A stretch of DNA of 45,519 nt from a bacterium (GCA_043778375.1 JAYWGH010000003.1:1-45519); one strand, 5' to 3'. Counted from the stretch's first letter, positions 30,817 through 40,639 are shown. Program-made: numbers and translations. Notes: generated by a model not told the origin, from the sequence alone.

Positions 30817-30893
30817 TGGCGGAGCTGACGAGGTTCGAACTCGCGACCTTCCGCGTGACAGGCGGACGCTCTAACCAACTGAGCTACAGCTCC
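30817..30893 (-). tRNA. tRNA-Asp (anticodon GUC), CCA encoded
   Basis: Reverse complement reads GGAGCTGTAGCTCAGTTGGTTAGAGCGTCCGCCTGTCACGCGGAAGGTCGCGAGTTCGAACCTCGTCAGCTCCGCCA. The anticodon loop is C-U-GUC-A-C. Confidence 0.92.
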
Positions 30894-30937
30894 AAAAGTG
30901 CGCGGCAGAGTATATGGCAAAGTGGACTTCGTGCAAA

Positions 30938-31837
30938 TTATTTTACAAACTTATAACTCGAAGCGAGCCCACTGAGTCCTCCGAGGACGACAATCACGAG
31001 GCAAATAGCCCCGATAAGTCTGGCACTCTGACGAAAAAACTGATCAAGTCCAGCATTCGTCCCAAGGAATACACTGATATCAAGCGAGTAAAGTCCAAAG
31101 TAAAATACAGATAAGCTCAGTACTAGCCCAACGATCGTATATATCATCCCCTGAAGGAGAAACGGGCCATATATATATCGCTTTTGGCCGCCCACCAGCT
31201 CAGTGATCTTGATCTCGTCTCGAAAGGCGAACACAGCGTTCCCAATACTATGAAATATGACCACAAATACTGAGAAAAGAAAAAATCCTATCACTCCATA
31301 GAGTCCGTACCTGAGGGAGTGCAGCACCTGTACTACTTTACGAAGTCGATCGTACTGATTTTTATAGCCTATAAAGGACTTCCGGATATCCTCACTCAGC
31401 TCAAAGCTCTTGGAGCGAGACTGAATAACACTATCAAGCTCATCATAGCGCTCAATCGGCACGTTTTTGACCGCTATAGTGCTTGGGAGCGGATTCTCTT
31501 CATCGGACTCTACAATCTTGGCAAGCTCAGGATCACGCTTGCGCAGGGTCTCGAGGTTTTCCTTGGCGGAGGTAAACACCGCCTGTATCGACGGATCTAT
31601 CGCCCGAAATGCGCCAAGTGTCTCAATAATGTCAGAGCTCGTAGCAGTCAGTCCCGCTCGAGTGTTCAGCGAGAGCGAGAGACGGGAGCTCACGCTCTGC
31701 GTGAGCGACTGCATCACAAACTCTACGAGGAGGAGGACAAATATCAAAAAGCTCATGAGTGCGATCACGGTCACCGAGCTCACCGAGAGGGTGAACGAGC
31801 GGAGTATATTACGGAGTGCGTAGCGGAGGATTCTCAT
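30938..31837 (-). CDS. ftsX: FtsX-like cell-division / ABC permease protein
   Basis: N-terminal TM segment, a roughly 100-aa extracytoplasmic domain, then three TM segments, with ELVGGQKRYIYGPFLLQGMIY (FtsX pattern lvGAt..fI..PF..eG). No ftsE lies adjacent. Confidence 0.8.
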   Translation of the reverse strand: MRILRYALRNILRSFTLSVSSVTVIALMSFLIFVLLLVEFVMQSLTQSVSSRLSLSLNTRAGLTATSSDIIETLGAFRAIDPSIQAVFTSAKENLETLRKRDPELAKIVESDEENPLPSTIAVKNVPIERYDELDSVIQSRSKSFELSEDIRKSFIGYKNQYDRLRKVVQVLHSLRYGLYGVIGFFLFSVFVVIFHSIGNAVFAFRDEIKITELVGGQKRYIYGPFLLQGMIYTIVGLVLSLSVFYFGLYSLDISVFLGTNAGLDQFFRQSARLIGAICLVIVVLGGLSGLASSYKFVK

Positions 31838-31908
31838 GGGGAGAGTGTACTCAAGAGTGGGTGAGGGGCAACTCGAGGAAGGCGGGGTTTATTTTTTTGA
31901 CAATACCG

Positions 31909-31921
31909 CCCCCCCCCCCCC
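31909..31921. repeat. Homopolymeric C13 tract (G13 on the minus strand)
   Basis: 13 consecutive C bases at 31909-31921, lying between a TTGACA hexamer (31897-31902) and TAAACT (31923-31928). Confidence 0.9.
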
Positions 31922-32014
31922 GTAAACTACGGGGGTATTTTTTAATAAACCTATATGTCAGAAAAGTCACAAAACGAAACTACAAGATGACCAATTTGTA
32001 GTGCAGTCAATAAT

Positions 32015-32251
32015 ATGAATAATCGGTTAAAAGATGGTGAGGGCACAGCATTAGATCATTCTGTAAGACTTCTAACCCATATGGTATGACCTAGTATCGC
32101 ACAAAAAGCATGTGATCTAAAGGACGAGTATATTAAACCAAGAGACCAGCGGGCCAGGGAACAATACAAAACTCCTCAACAGATAGCAGAATTAGAAGCA
32201 GATGAAAAAATGGCAGCAGCGATAAAATTGCAAAAGGCTGTTAAATATTAG
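32015..32251 (+). CDS. Hypothetical 78-aa protein, visible only when TGA is read as sense
   Basis: ATG 32015 to TAG 32249 with one in-frame TGA (32087-32089). Translation: MNNRLKDGEGTALDHSVRLLTHMV(G)PSIAQKACDLKDEYIKPRDQRAREQYKTPQQIAELEADEKMAAAIKLQKAVKY. A strong terminator follows. I recognise no family. Confidence 0.4.
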
Positions 32252-32267
32252 TACAAGTTATCCAAAT

Positions 32268-32302
32268 CAAAAAAATACTTCAGACATCTGAAGTATTTTT
32301 TT
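32268..32302. terminator. Bidirectional rho-independent terminator (small + ORF and rpmA)
   Basis: A-run, ATACTTCAG-ACAT-CTGAAGTAT (9-bp stem), then T-run. Confidence 0.75.
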
Positions 32303-32310
32303 ATTGAGGA

Positions 32311-32583
32311 TTACACCACATTCACATAAATATCTCTGTACACCCGCCCATCAAAACGAGTTCGACGTTTTTCCTCAAACTGTACAACTCCTGGAGCGGT
32401 AGCAAAAAGAGTGAAGTCAGTTCCTTGAGAAACATTCTTCCCCGGCCAAAAGGTATTCCCTTTTTGTCGGATAAGGATATTCCCAGAAATAGCTGGTTGT
32501 CCTCCGTAAATTTTTACCCCGAGTCGCTTTGCCTGCGAATCTCGTCCGTTGGTGGTGGAGCCTTGGGCTTTCTTATGTGCCAT
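32311..32583 (-). CDS. rpmA: 50S ribosomal protein L27
   Basis: [29 protein letters not shown]. Confidence 0.95.
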   Translation of the reverse strand: MAHKKAQGSTTNGRDSQAKRLGVKIYGGQPAISGNILIRQKGNTFWPGKNVSQGTDFTLFATAPGVVQFEEKRRTRFDGRVYRDIYVNVV

Positions 32584-32624
32584 AGTGTACTAAATTAATT
32601 CTAGAAAGGGGATTGCCCAGATAT

Positions 32625-33077
32625 TTACTTGTTTGCGTATCGTGCAAATGCTTTGTTGGCTTCTGCCATCTTGTAGACTTCGAGTTTCTTCTTGATTGCA
32701 TTTCCAGTTTCAGCTGACGCTTCGATGAGCTCGGTTGCGAGAAAGTTTGAGAACTCCCCTCCAGACTTTGCCCTCGCTGATCCAAGAATCCAACGAGTCG
32801 CAAGTGCAAGTGATCGACGAGGCTTTACCTCTTGAGGAACCTGGTAAATAGACCCTCCAACTCGCTTTGGTCGTACCTCGATCTTTGGCATAACATTCTC
32901 GAGAGCCTTCTCAAAAATTTCTTCAGGATTTACGTGACCCTTTTCTTTAATTTTCTCAAAACAATTGGTAATGATCTTGAGGGCAAGGTATTTCTTACCG
33001 CTCTTCATTACATAGTTTGAAAACTTCATGAGTTTCTCATTCTTCATATTGAGAGAAACGCTCCCTTTGGTGCTCAT
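32625..33077 (-). CDS. rpsG: 30S ribosomal protein S7
   Basis: [12 protein letters not shown] and [22 protein letters not shown]; 150 aa, directly after rpsL. Confidence 0.92.
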   Translation of the reverse strand: MSTKGSVSLNMKNEKLMKFSNYVMKSGKKYLALKIITNCFEKIKEKGHVNPEEIFEKALENVMPKIEVRPKRVGGSIYQVPQEVKPRRSLALATRWILGSARAKSGGEFSNFLATELIEASAETGNAIKKKLEVYKMAEANKAFARYANK

Positions 33078-33098
33078 AATAGGTGTAAGTTTGGAATA

Positions 33099-33518
33099 TT
33101 ATTTCTTTGCTTTCGGCTTCTTTGCTCCGTAGTGAGATCGGCTCTGTCCTCGTTTTTCGACACCTTGTGTATCGAGAACTCCTCGTACGATATGGTATCG
33201 AACTCCTGGAAGATCCTTTACTCGCCCTCCTCGAATAAGTACTACTGAGTGCTCCTGTAAGTTGTGTCCCTCACCTCCGATGTAACAGATAACTTCATAC
33301 CCATTGGTAAGTCGCACCTTTGCTACCTTGCGGAGAGCTGAGTTTGGCTTCTTTGGAGTCATAGTGTATACCTTTGTACAAACACCTCGCTTCTGCGGAC
33401 TCGCGAGAGGAGTAGTAATACGCTTGATGTTGTTCTTGATCATCATAAGCGCTGGAGACTTGCTCTTTCGAGCTTTGTCCTTTCGAGGCTTTCGGATAAG
33501 TTGGCTGATTGTAGACAT
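33099..33518 (-). CDS. rpsL: 30S ribosomal protein S12
   Basis: [66 protein letters not shown]. Confidence 0.98.
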   Translation of the reverse strand: MSTISQLIRKPRKDKARKSKSPALMMIKNNIKRITTPLASPQKRGVCTKVYTMTPKKPNSALRKVAKVRLTNGYEVICYIGGEGHNLQEHSVVLIRGGRVKDLPGVRYHIVRGVLDTQGVEKRGQSRSHYGAKKPKAKK

Positions 33519-33536
33519 AGTACTGTATAAAGAGGA

Positions 33537-33932
33537 TTATCGTTTTGACCAAGTAGGAGCCTTTCGAGCCTTGTGGAGTCCTGGCTTCTTTCGCTCAACT
33601 TTTCGGGCATCTCGAGTGAGAAGTCCGGCACCTCTGAGAGTCTTGCGAAGATCCTCACTCGATAGTACAAGAGCACGCGCGAGACCGTGAGCAATAGCAT
33701 CCACTTGAGATGCCTCACCTCCACCCTGTACCATTACCTCAAACTTTACCTGATCCTGAAGACCTGCAGTCTTGAGAGGAGCGAGAAGCTTTGAGAAAAG
33801 GTCACCACGATGTACATACTCATTCATTGGTTTCCCATTGATAGAGCTTGCACCTGGAGCGATGAAAAGTCGTACCTGCGCAGAGGATGTCTTACGTCGC
33901 CCGATTGCGTAAAAATATTGTTCTTTTGCCAT
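33537..33932 (-). CDS. rpsI: 30S ribosomal protein S9
   Basis: GRRKTSSAQVRL, GGGEASQVDAIAHGLARAL and the C-terminus KARKAPTWSKR. ATG 33932 lies just after the L13 stop. Confidence 0.94.
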   Translation of the reverse strand: MAKEQYFYAIGRRKTSSAQVRLFIAPGASSINGKPMNEYVHRGDLFSKLLAPLKTAGLQDQVKFEVMVQGGGEASQVDAIAHGLARALVLSSEDLRKTLRGAGLLTRDARKVERKKPGLHKARKAPTWSKR

Positions 33933-33933
33933 A

Positions 33934-34365
33934 TTAGAATGAAAGGATTTCAGGTTTCTGTGCCTCGTAGCCATGAGTCGATCCACGCTCAAGTTTGAGT
34001 CGTTGGATCATATCATTTTGAAGCTTATTTTTTGGAAGCATTCCGAGAACTGCGTGACGCACTATCTCAGTAGGCTTATTCTTTCGCATGCGAGAGAGTG
34101 GAACTTCTTTGAGACCACCGAGGTACTGTGAGTGAGATCGGTAGAGCTTTTGCTCTTCCTTGGCTCCAGTTACAGTGATCTCTCCTGCATTGAGGACGAT
34201 CACATAGTCACCATTATCCATATGTGGAGAAAAGCTGACTTTATTTTTCCCACGAATAATTGGTGCTATAAAAGAAGCGAGACGTCCAAGGTTCTTTCCC
34301 TTAGCATCAATGATGTACCACTTTCGTTCGCTCAGAGGGAGCTGTTTTGGCATTATAGTTTTCAT
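33934..34365 (-). CDS. rplM: 50S ribosomal protein L13
   Basis: RKWYIIDAKGKNLGRLAS and YRSHSQYLGGLKE. Confidence 0.95.
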   Translation of the reverse strand: MKTIMPKQLPLSERKWYIIDAKGKNLGRLASFIAPIIRGKNKVSFSPHMDNGDYVIVLNAGEITVTGAKEEQKLYRSHSQYLGGLKEVPLSRMRKNKPTEIVRHAVLGMLPKNKLQNDMIQRLKLERGSTHGYEAQKPEILSF

Positions 34366-34367
34366 AT

Positions 34368-34730
34368 CTATTTTACGAGTTCAATTTTAACAACTTTGGC
34401 GCTATCTCCATCGCGATACTTGATGGGAGTAATACGTGTAAATCCTGAAGTGAGTCCCTTAAATTTTGGAGCTACCTGGGTCATGAGCTCTATTCCTGCC
34501 TGCTTTGTAAAGAGAATAGACGCAATCTCACGAATAGCGAGACCTTCACGAGCAGTATTTGCTACGTTAATAAGGCGATCGATCTCACCAACAATTGCTC
34601 GAGCTTGCTTCTCAGTAGTCATCATCGCCTTGTGGGTGAAAAATGATGTAAGAAGATTCCGGAGCATCGCATTGCGATGATCGAGATCTTTCTTTTTGAA
34701 GTTTTTAAATTTTTTAACGCGGTGTCGCAT
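34368..34730 (-). CDS. rplQ: 50S ribosomal protein L17
   Basis: MRHRVKKFKNFKKKDLDHRNAMLRNL and GDSAKVVKIELV. Confidence 0.93.
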   Translation of the reverse strand: MRHRVKKFKNFKKKDLDHRNAMLRNLLTSFFTHKAMMTTEKQARAIVGEIDRLINVANTAREGLAIREIASILFTKQAGIELMTQVAPKFKGLTSGFTRITPIKYRDGDSAKVVKIELVK

Positions 34731-34750
34731 AAGAATTGATAGTAATCGTA

Positions 34751-35731
34751 TTAATCGTCTCCGAGGAGCTTGTAGCCGCGCTCGCGAAGAGCATCTCGAA
34801 CTTCATTCATAGCTTTACGTCCAAATCCCTTAATTGAAGAGAGTTTTGCCTCCGTGCATTTTGTGAGTTGCTCAATAGAGAGAATTTCTCCGTTCACAAG
34901 TGCGTTAAGCGTACGTGGTGAGAGTCCAATAATTTCAATGGGTGTATACGTCTCTTTCTCAAGCTCACTCTTGATCTCCATCTTCTCTCTTTCAAGTATA
35001 TCCTTAATGTCACCGATAAATGAACCTTCTACTTGTAATCCTTCTTCATTAAATATAGAGAAGTAAGAGGTGAGCATATCTCCGGAGAATCGTACCACAT
35101 CTTTTGGAGACATAATACCATTTGTTTCAACTGTCATCTCCAGAGAGTCGAGATTGGTCATTTCACCTACTCGCTGACTTTTTGTCTCGTATTTTACAGA
35201 AATAACAGGAGAAAAATTTGCATCAAGGAGGAGAACATTTACATCCTCTTCCCGTGCTTTAAGCTCATCTACAGTAAGATATCCTACAGATTTCTCGACT
35301 CGAATAGACATATCAAGCTCAAATCCATCTCGATCAATCTCTGTGATGTAGAGATCAGGGTTGTGAATAGTGACACTTGAACTTGCTTTGATAGCTTTTG
35401 CAGTGACTTTACCAGACTTTGAGGTTGTAAGATGAATCCACTCGAGCTCGCTCCCTGAGAGCGAGACAACAAGGCCCTTGAGATTTAGAAGTATATCAAG
35501 TACACTCTCTTTTACTCCCGGAAGGGTCATGTACTCATGGGAGGCTCCCTTCATCTTTACTCCAGTCACTCGACATCCAGGAATCGACGAGAGCATGATG
35601 CGACGAAGAGAGTTTCCAAGAGTTACTCCAAATCCAGAAGGGAGTGGTTGTACAGTAAAACGAGATACATTTGTAGTGACAATCTGTTCAAGAATTTTTG
35701 GGGCTCCAATCGTGTTGTGAATAATGTGCAT
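34751..35731 (-). CDS. rpoA: DNA-directed RNA polymerase subunit alpha
   Basis: GFGVTLGNSLRRIMLSSIPG at the N-terminus, and a C-terminal domain with IEIIGLSPRTLNAL. Confidence 0.95.
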   Translation of the reverse strand: MHIIHNTIGAPKILEQIVTTNVSRFTVQPLPSGFGVTLGNSLRRIMLSSIPGCRVTGVKMKGASHEYMTLPGVKESVLDILLNLKGLVVSLSGSELEWIHLTTSKSGKVTAKAIKASSSVTIHNPDLYITEIDRDGFELDMSIRVEKSVGYLTVDELKAREEDVNVLLLDANFSPVISVKYETKSQRVGEMTNLDSLEMTVETNGIMSPKDVVRFSGDMLTSYFSIFNEEGLQVEGSFIGDIKDILEREKMEIKSELEKETYTPIEIIGLSPRTLNALVNGEILSIEQLTKCTEAKLSSIKGFGRKAMNEVRDALRERGYKLLGDD

Positions 35732-35758
35732 ACCTTTGGGGTGAGAAGACGAATACTA

Positions 35759-36385
35759 TTACTTTGAGTAAAACTCGATGATCTTTCCTATATCTATAGT
35801 AGGATCAAAATCTTCTTTTTGCGGAGAGGCCTTGACAGTGATGGTAAGTTTTGTAGGACTTACTTCTATCCACTTTGTAGAGGATACAGTTGCACCTGAG
35901 TTCTGCTTCTTAAACTCTTCATACTCTGTAACAAGGCCCTTGTATATAGGAGACTCTTTCATCTTTTCGCGAAGCTCTATTACATCACCTACAGAGACTT
36001 CATAGCTAGGTATATTTACCTTAATACCATTAACAGTAAAGTGTGCATGGCTGACAAACTGTCGGGCCTGCATGGGAGTACGTGCAAAGTTTGATCGAAA
36101 TACCACTGTATCGAGACGCCGCTCAAGCATAGAGAGCATGTTGTCTCCTGTTACACCCTGCATGTGAGACGCTTTCTTAAAGTAGTTTGAAAATTGTTTT
36201 TCAGTGATACCATACATACGCTTGGCAGTCTGCTTCTTACGAAGCTGTACTCCAAATCCAGACGTTTTTCCGAATTTTGCTCCGAGAGGTTTTCGATTGT
36301 TTTGAGAAAGATCGTACTTTTCAGAACCGAAAAGATTGACGCCTTCACGCCTACAGAGTTTAGTTTTTGGACCAGTATATCGCAT
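35759..36385 (-). CDS. rpsD: 30S ribosomal protein S4
   Basis: MRYTGPKTKLCRREG plus an S4 domain (LERRLDTVVFRSNFA). Confidence 0.95.
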   Translation of the reverse strand: MRYTGPKTKLCRREGVNLFGSEKYDLSQNNRKPLGAKFGKTSGFGVQLRKKQTAKRMYGITEKQFSNYFKKASHMQGVTGDNMLSMLERRLDTVVFRSNFARTPMQARQFVSHAHFTVNGIKVNIPSYEVSVGDVIELREKMKESPIYKGLVTEYEEFKKQNSGATVSSTKWIEVSPTKLTITVKASPQKEDFDPTIDIGKIIEFYSK

Positions 36386-36397
36386 AGAGACTGTAAA

Positions 36398-36787
36398 TTA
36401 TAGTTTTCGAACTTTCTTTTTTCGACATCCATTGTGTGGCACTGGCGTTATATCAAAGATAGCCATGAGATCTACGCCTGCATTAATAACACCTCGTACT
36501 GCTTGTTCACGGCCCGTACCGATACCTTTTACGTACACAGTTACCTTTTCGAGTCAGTGGAGAGTTTTTGCTTTTGTGAGTGCATTTTCGCTCGTAATCT
36601 GTGCTGCATATGGGGTTGCTTCACGTGCTCCTCGAAATCCAGAGCTCCCACCGGTTGCCCAAGTGAGAACATTTCCTTCTTTATCAGAAACAACTACGTG
36701 AGTATTGTTAAGAGTGGCTGTAATAGATACCACTCCTTCTGCAATATTTTTACGAGTCTTTTTGCTTCGCTTAAGCGTTGGTGCCAT
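36398..36787 (-). CDS. rpsK: 30S ribosomal protein S11
   Basis: The track piece 36554-36787 continues through TGA 36554-36556 as (G)LEKVTVYVKGIGTGREQAVRGV..DITPVPHNGCRKKKVRKL. TAA stop at 36398. Confidence 0.94.
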
Positions 36788-36799
36788 AGTTGGGTACGA

Positions 36800-37165
36800 T
36801 TATTTTTTCTTATTCTGAATTGCTACCGCCTTTCACTTACGAGTTCGTGCATTAGTCTTTGTTCGCTGTCCTCGAACTGGAAGACGTTTTTTGTGGCGCA
36901 TCCCTCGATAACAATTGATTTCCTGAAATCGTTTAATATTTTGCTGAATTTCTCGTCTGAGATCCCCCTCAATAACATGTTTTTTGAGCTCATCTCGTAT
37001 GAGATCAAGTTCAGGCTCTGTAAGTTCTTCGATCTTTCGATTACGGGCAATCTTGAGACCATCAAGAATTGTCTGCGCAAGAGATCTTCCTACCCCAAAT
37101 ATGTACATCAGGGCTATTTCAGAGTGTTTACCAGTTGGGAGATTTACCCCAGCAATTCGTGCCAT
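36800..37165 (-). CDS. rpsM: 30S ribosomal protein S13
   Basis: [10 protein letters not shown] and [25 protein letters not shown](G)KAV. TGA 36833-36835 falls on the Gly of the conserved TRKG. TAA stop at 36800. Confidence 0.95.
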
Positions 37166-37178
37166 AGTGATAATAAAA

Positions 37179-37292
37179 TTAACCTTGTCGTTGTTTGTGC
37201 TTTGGATTCTCGCAAATTACGCGGACCACTCCCTTTCGTCGGATAATGGAGCATTTGTCGCAGATCTTTTTTACAGATGGTCGTACTTTCAT
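37179..37292 (-). CDS. rpmJ: 50S ribosomal protein L36
   Basis: [37 protein letters not shown]; 37 aa, too short for the track. Confidence 0.93.
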   Translation of the reverse strand: MKVRPSVKKICDKCSIIRRKGVVRVICENPKHKQRQG

Positions 37293-37294
37293 AG

Positions 37295-37522
37295 TTATTT
37301 TTTGCGAAATACGATACGCCCCTTAGTGAGGTCATACGGAGTGAGATGCACCAGTACGGAATCCCCTATAATAAGACTGATGAAGTGCTTACGCATTTTA
37401 CCAGAAATGTAGCATTGGATGACATTTCCTCCAAAATCATCTGGAAGTTTTACCTCAAATACTGCACCGGGAAGGGTATTCACAATGACTCCCTCCACTT
37501 CTATATTGTCTTCTTTGGGCAT
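37295..37522 (-). CDS. infA: Translation initiation factor IF-1
   Basis: [58 protein letters not shown]. The internal ATG at 37522 is used as the start. Confidence 0.93.
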   Translation of the reverse strand: MPKEDNIEVEGVIVNTLPGAVFEVKLPDDFGGNVIQCYISGKMRKHFISLIIGDSVLVHLTPYDLTKGRIVFRKK

Positions 37523-37630
37523 ACTGAATGCTGGATATTCAGGTTTTATATAAAGCTGAAGCCTGCGTAGTGTATGCAAAAGGTGGGTTCTGGCAAATCT
37601 ATTTTCACAATTTAGTTAGAGGCACGCAAT

Positions 37631-38047
37631 TTAAACAGATTTTAATTTATTTGACTGGCTGCGAGATCGAATTACCTCAAATATTTTTGCATGGATCACT
37701 GGGTGCTTTCGTCCGAGATCAACAATGGCATAGTCTACGATGACAAGTAAGAGGGTATCCTCTACAGCTCGCACTGATGCAAGACGTTTCTTTGGTGCAT
37801 TCGCGTCAAAGAGTGCCATCTCACCGACCATCTCACCGACAGAGATATACCCGAGTATTTGCTCACCAATACTTCGATCTTTGAACGCTTTAAGATTTCC
37901 TGACTTCACTATGTACATAGCACTTGCATCATCCCCCTCATGAAAGAGTATTTCTCCAGCCTTAATGAGGCGCTCCTGAGTAAAAAGCGTAACGGTATCC
38001 TGCTCAGCTGGACTGAGTCCAGAAAAAAGTTCGATTCCTGTAATCAT
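37631..38047 (-). CDS. Stand-alone cyclic-nucleotide-binding (cNMP/CAP-effector) domain protein, 138 aa, no DNA-binding domain
   Basis: FSGLSPAEQDTVTLFTQERLIKAGEILFHEGDDASAMYIVKSGNLKAF...GEMVGEMALF....RLASVRAVEDT matches the cNMP-binding beta-barrel pattern (G-E-x-A-L ... R-x-A-x-V-x-A). Confidence 0.75.
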   Translation of the reverse strand: MITGIELFSGLSPAEQDTVTLFTQERLIKAGEILFHEGDDASAMYIVKSGNLKAFKDRSIGEQILGYISVGEMVGEMALFDANAPKKRLASVRAVEDTLLLVIVDYAIVDLGRKHPVIHAKIFEVIRSRSQSNKLKSV

Positions 38048-38057
38048 GGAAGAGAGA

Positions 38058-40523
38058 TTATTTCTTAATAACCATTTTATACATTTCTATACGGTCGCCA
38101 ACCTCGATTTTGATATCTCATCGAAAGCTGATACCGCAGTCACTCCCAGCTTCTATCTCATGTACATCAGATGGGCCTGATTTGAGATTCATAACCTCGC
38201 CTGATCCTACCTTCTCACCACCTCGCACGACCCGTACCTTTGCTCGGTTTTCGGCTACTCCTTCAAGAACTCACATACCAATAATAAGCTTGTCTTTCCC
38301 GGTAAAAAATATTGCTTTTACCTCGGCAATACCGACTGCAACCTCCTCATGTTTGAGATCTACCATCCCAGTAACTATTGCCTCAACACGCTCGATGATA
38401 TGGTAGATAACTTTTTTATCAATGAACTCGATCTGTGAGTTTGCGAGCGTTTGGCGAGCATGAAGATTTACCCCCACATTATAGGCCACAAGAAGTGCTC
38501 GAGATGTCCCTGCCATGAGTACATCGGACTCATTAATTTCTCCCACTCATGAGTGGATAAAAGTCACCTGTGTCTCACTCGTTGAAAGCTTTCCAAGTGA
38601 GGCCTTGAGCGCCTCGAGCGAACCATTTGAATCACACTTGATAACAATCTTGAGCTGCTTGAGTGATCCTGTCTTGATACGAGTCATAAGGAGTGAGAGC
38701 GAGGCTCCCTCAAAGTTGTGGATAGATTTTTTCCCTTTTGCCATCAAAAACTGTTGCGACTTAGCTGTTGCGGTATCTGAGTCTGGCATAACCTGGAGAA
38801 TATCTCCTCCCTGAACTACCTCAGAAAGTCCTACTACCTGTACTGGTGTACCTGGTCCTGCTTCGTCCATATTCTTCCCTCGATAATCTCTGAGAGCTCG
38901 TACTCGACCTGATATGTGGGCACAGGTAATACAGTCTCCCTTTCGCAGGATTCCTGCGTTAACGAGTACCGTCGAAAGGGCTCCCATCTTAGCGTCGAGG
39001 TGGGACTCAATAACGGTCGCGATAGCCGGTCGTGTTGGATGAGCTCGTAGCTCCATCATATCCGTAAGAAGCAGTACCATATCAAGAAGTGTCTCGATAC
39101 CGAGTCCTGTGAAAGCTGATACTGGCACAACGACTGTAGATCCTCCCCAGTCCTCTGGCTGAAGTCCTTGCTCGGCAAGCTGTCCACGTATAAGATCGAG
39201 GTTTGCACCTGGCTTATCCATCTTATTTACGGCGATGAGCATTGGGATCTCTGCTTCTTTAGCATGATTGATCGACTCGATAGTTTGAGGCTTCATCCCT
39301 TCATCCGCCGCGATAACAATGATCGCAAGGTCCGTGAGCTTGGCTCCACGTGATCGCATGATAGAAAATGCCTCGTGCCCAGGAGTATCGAGAAATGTAA
39401 TCTTTTTTCCATTGCGCTCAACTTGATACGCCCCAATCTTTTGCGTAATACCTCCCGCCTCACCTGAAGCCACTTGTGCCTTGCGGATGTAATCGAGGAT
39501 CGATGTCTTTCCATGATCGACGTGCCCCATAATAGAGATGATCGGTGCTCGCGCTACGAGCTTTTCTGGGTCATCGTTTTTGAGGAGTGCCTCGATGTTT
39601 CCGTTGATAATATCGCTCACTGAGGCGTCCGTACTCACTTCCTTGCTGATTTTTACTCCAAATCCCTCACCAATGAGGTAACAAGTATCGTAGTCGATCT
39701 TGGTATTTACCGTTGCCATCATACCATTTTTCATGAGCTCAGCAACGAGCTTTGGGAGAGGAACTCCAAGTTTTTCTGAAAACTCTTTAACCGTGAGCAT
39801 CTCAGGGAGAAATATCTCCTGACCCGTACGGTCAACCAGTGTCTGCTTCATCTCAGCATCTTGATCTCGATGATCGCGAGCAATCTTTTTTCCGCGACGA
39901 AATTTCCCATCATCCTCCCGTGCTCACCCAACAGTCCGAAGAGACTTCTTTGGCTTATCATAGGTTACTGGTCACTTTGGGCCAGCATTTCGTCCACGTT
40001 TTGGCGCATCTTGATGTGTTTTTGCGTATGCTTGAAGTTTATTCGGACTCCCAGCTGCAGGTGGTACTCCAGTTACTGGCGCAGGAGCTCTTGTTGGAGC
40101 TGGTGCAAAGCTAATTCTTGGGGCTTGTGGTGATCGAACTTTAAAGTTCTTCCCTGCATCGAGTGCAAATCCTGTACGTTTTGCCTCAGGAGCGCTCGTA
40201 CTTACAGATCGTGGACTACGAGCATACGCGTCATCAGGATGAGCGTTTCTGCTTGTAGGCCTCGGTACAGAAGTTTGTGGAGTCGTTGGTCTCGGTACTA
40301 TTTTTGGGGCAGCCTCAAAAGAGATTGTTGGTACAAACGATTTTTTTTCCTCTACAGCTATTTGAGCAGTAGGAGTATTCTCTATAAGAGAACTGCTCAT
40401 TTCAAGAGGTTTTTTTGCCTTTATCTTGAGCTTAAGCCCTGCGGGCTTCTGCCCTTCACTTGTCGCTCATACTGCGGGTGGGACTTGAGCGTAGTAATCG
40501 TCATTATTCGGTGCAACTGGCAT
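38058..40523 (-). CDS. infB: Translation initiation factor IF-2
   Basis: G-domain [22 protein letters not shown] and NKMD, then FIHS(G)VGEINESDV. All track pieces (38271-38546, 38547-39851, 39972-40400) and the C-terminal part to TAA 38058 share one frame. The start is either ATG 40523 (41 codons upstream, containing one TGA) or ATG 40400. Confidence 0.9.
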
Positions 40524-40555
40524 CTTCGATTTTCTAGTAAAAGTATTAGTGCCCA

Positions 40556-40582
40556 AGTATACGCTTTGCGCGCTATTGTCAA
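40556..40582 (-). promoter_or_regulatory. Candidate promoter for infB
   Basis: The minus strand reads TTGACA (40582-40577), a 15-nt spacer, then TATACT (40561-40556), 32 nt upstream of ATG 40523. Confidence 0.3.
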
Positions 40583-40639
40583 AGCAAAGCCACAGACACA
40601 AAAAAGCCCACTACAATGAGCAAGCCTTTTAGGGTGATA

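Noticed and set aside
33099-33518. A roughly 13-aa insertion in S12 ([25 protein letters not shown]) as a novelty.
   Set aside because: A similar insertion at the same position exists in Gram-positive-type S12, such as the Bacillus form I recall. It is a known family variant.
40583-40639. Possible terminator downstream of the peroxiredoxin gene (AAAAGGCTTGC...GGGCTTTTTT on the minus strand).
   Set aside because: The potential stem is short, AU-rich and needs a bulge. It is not convincing without a folding calculation.
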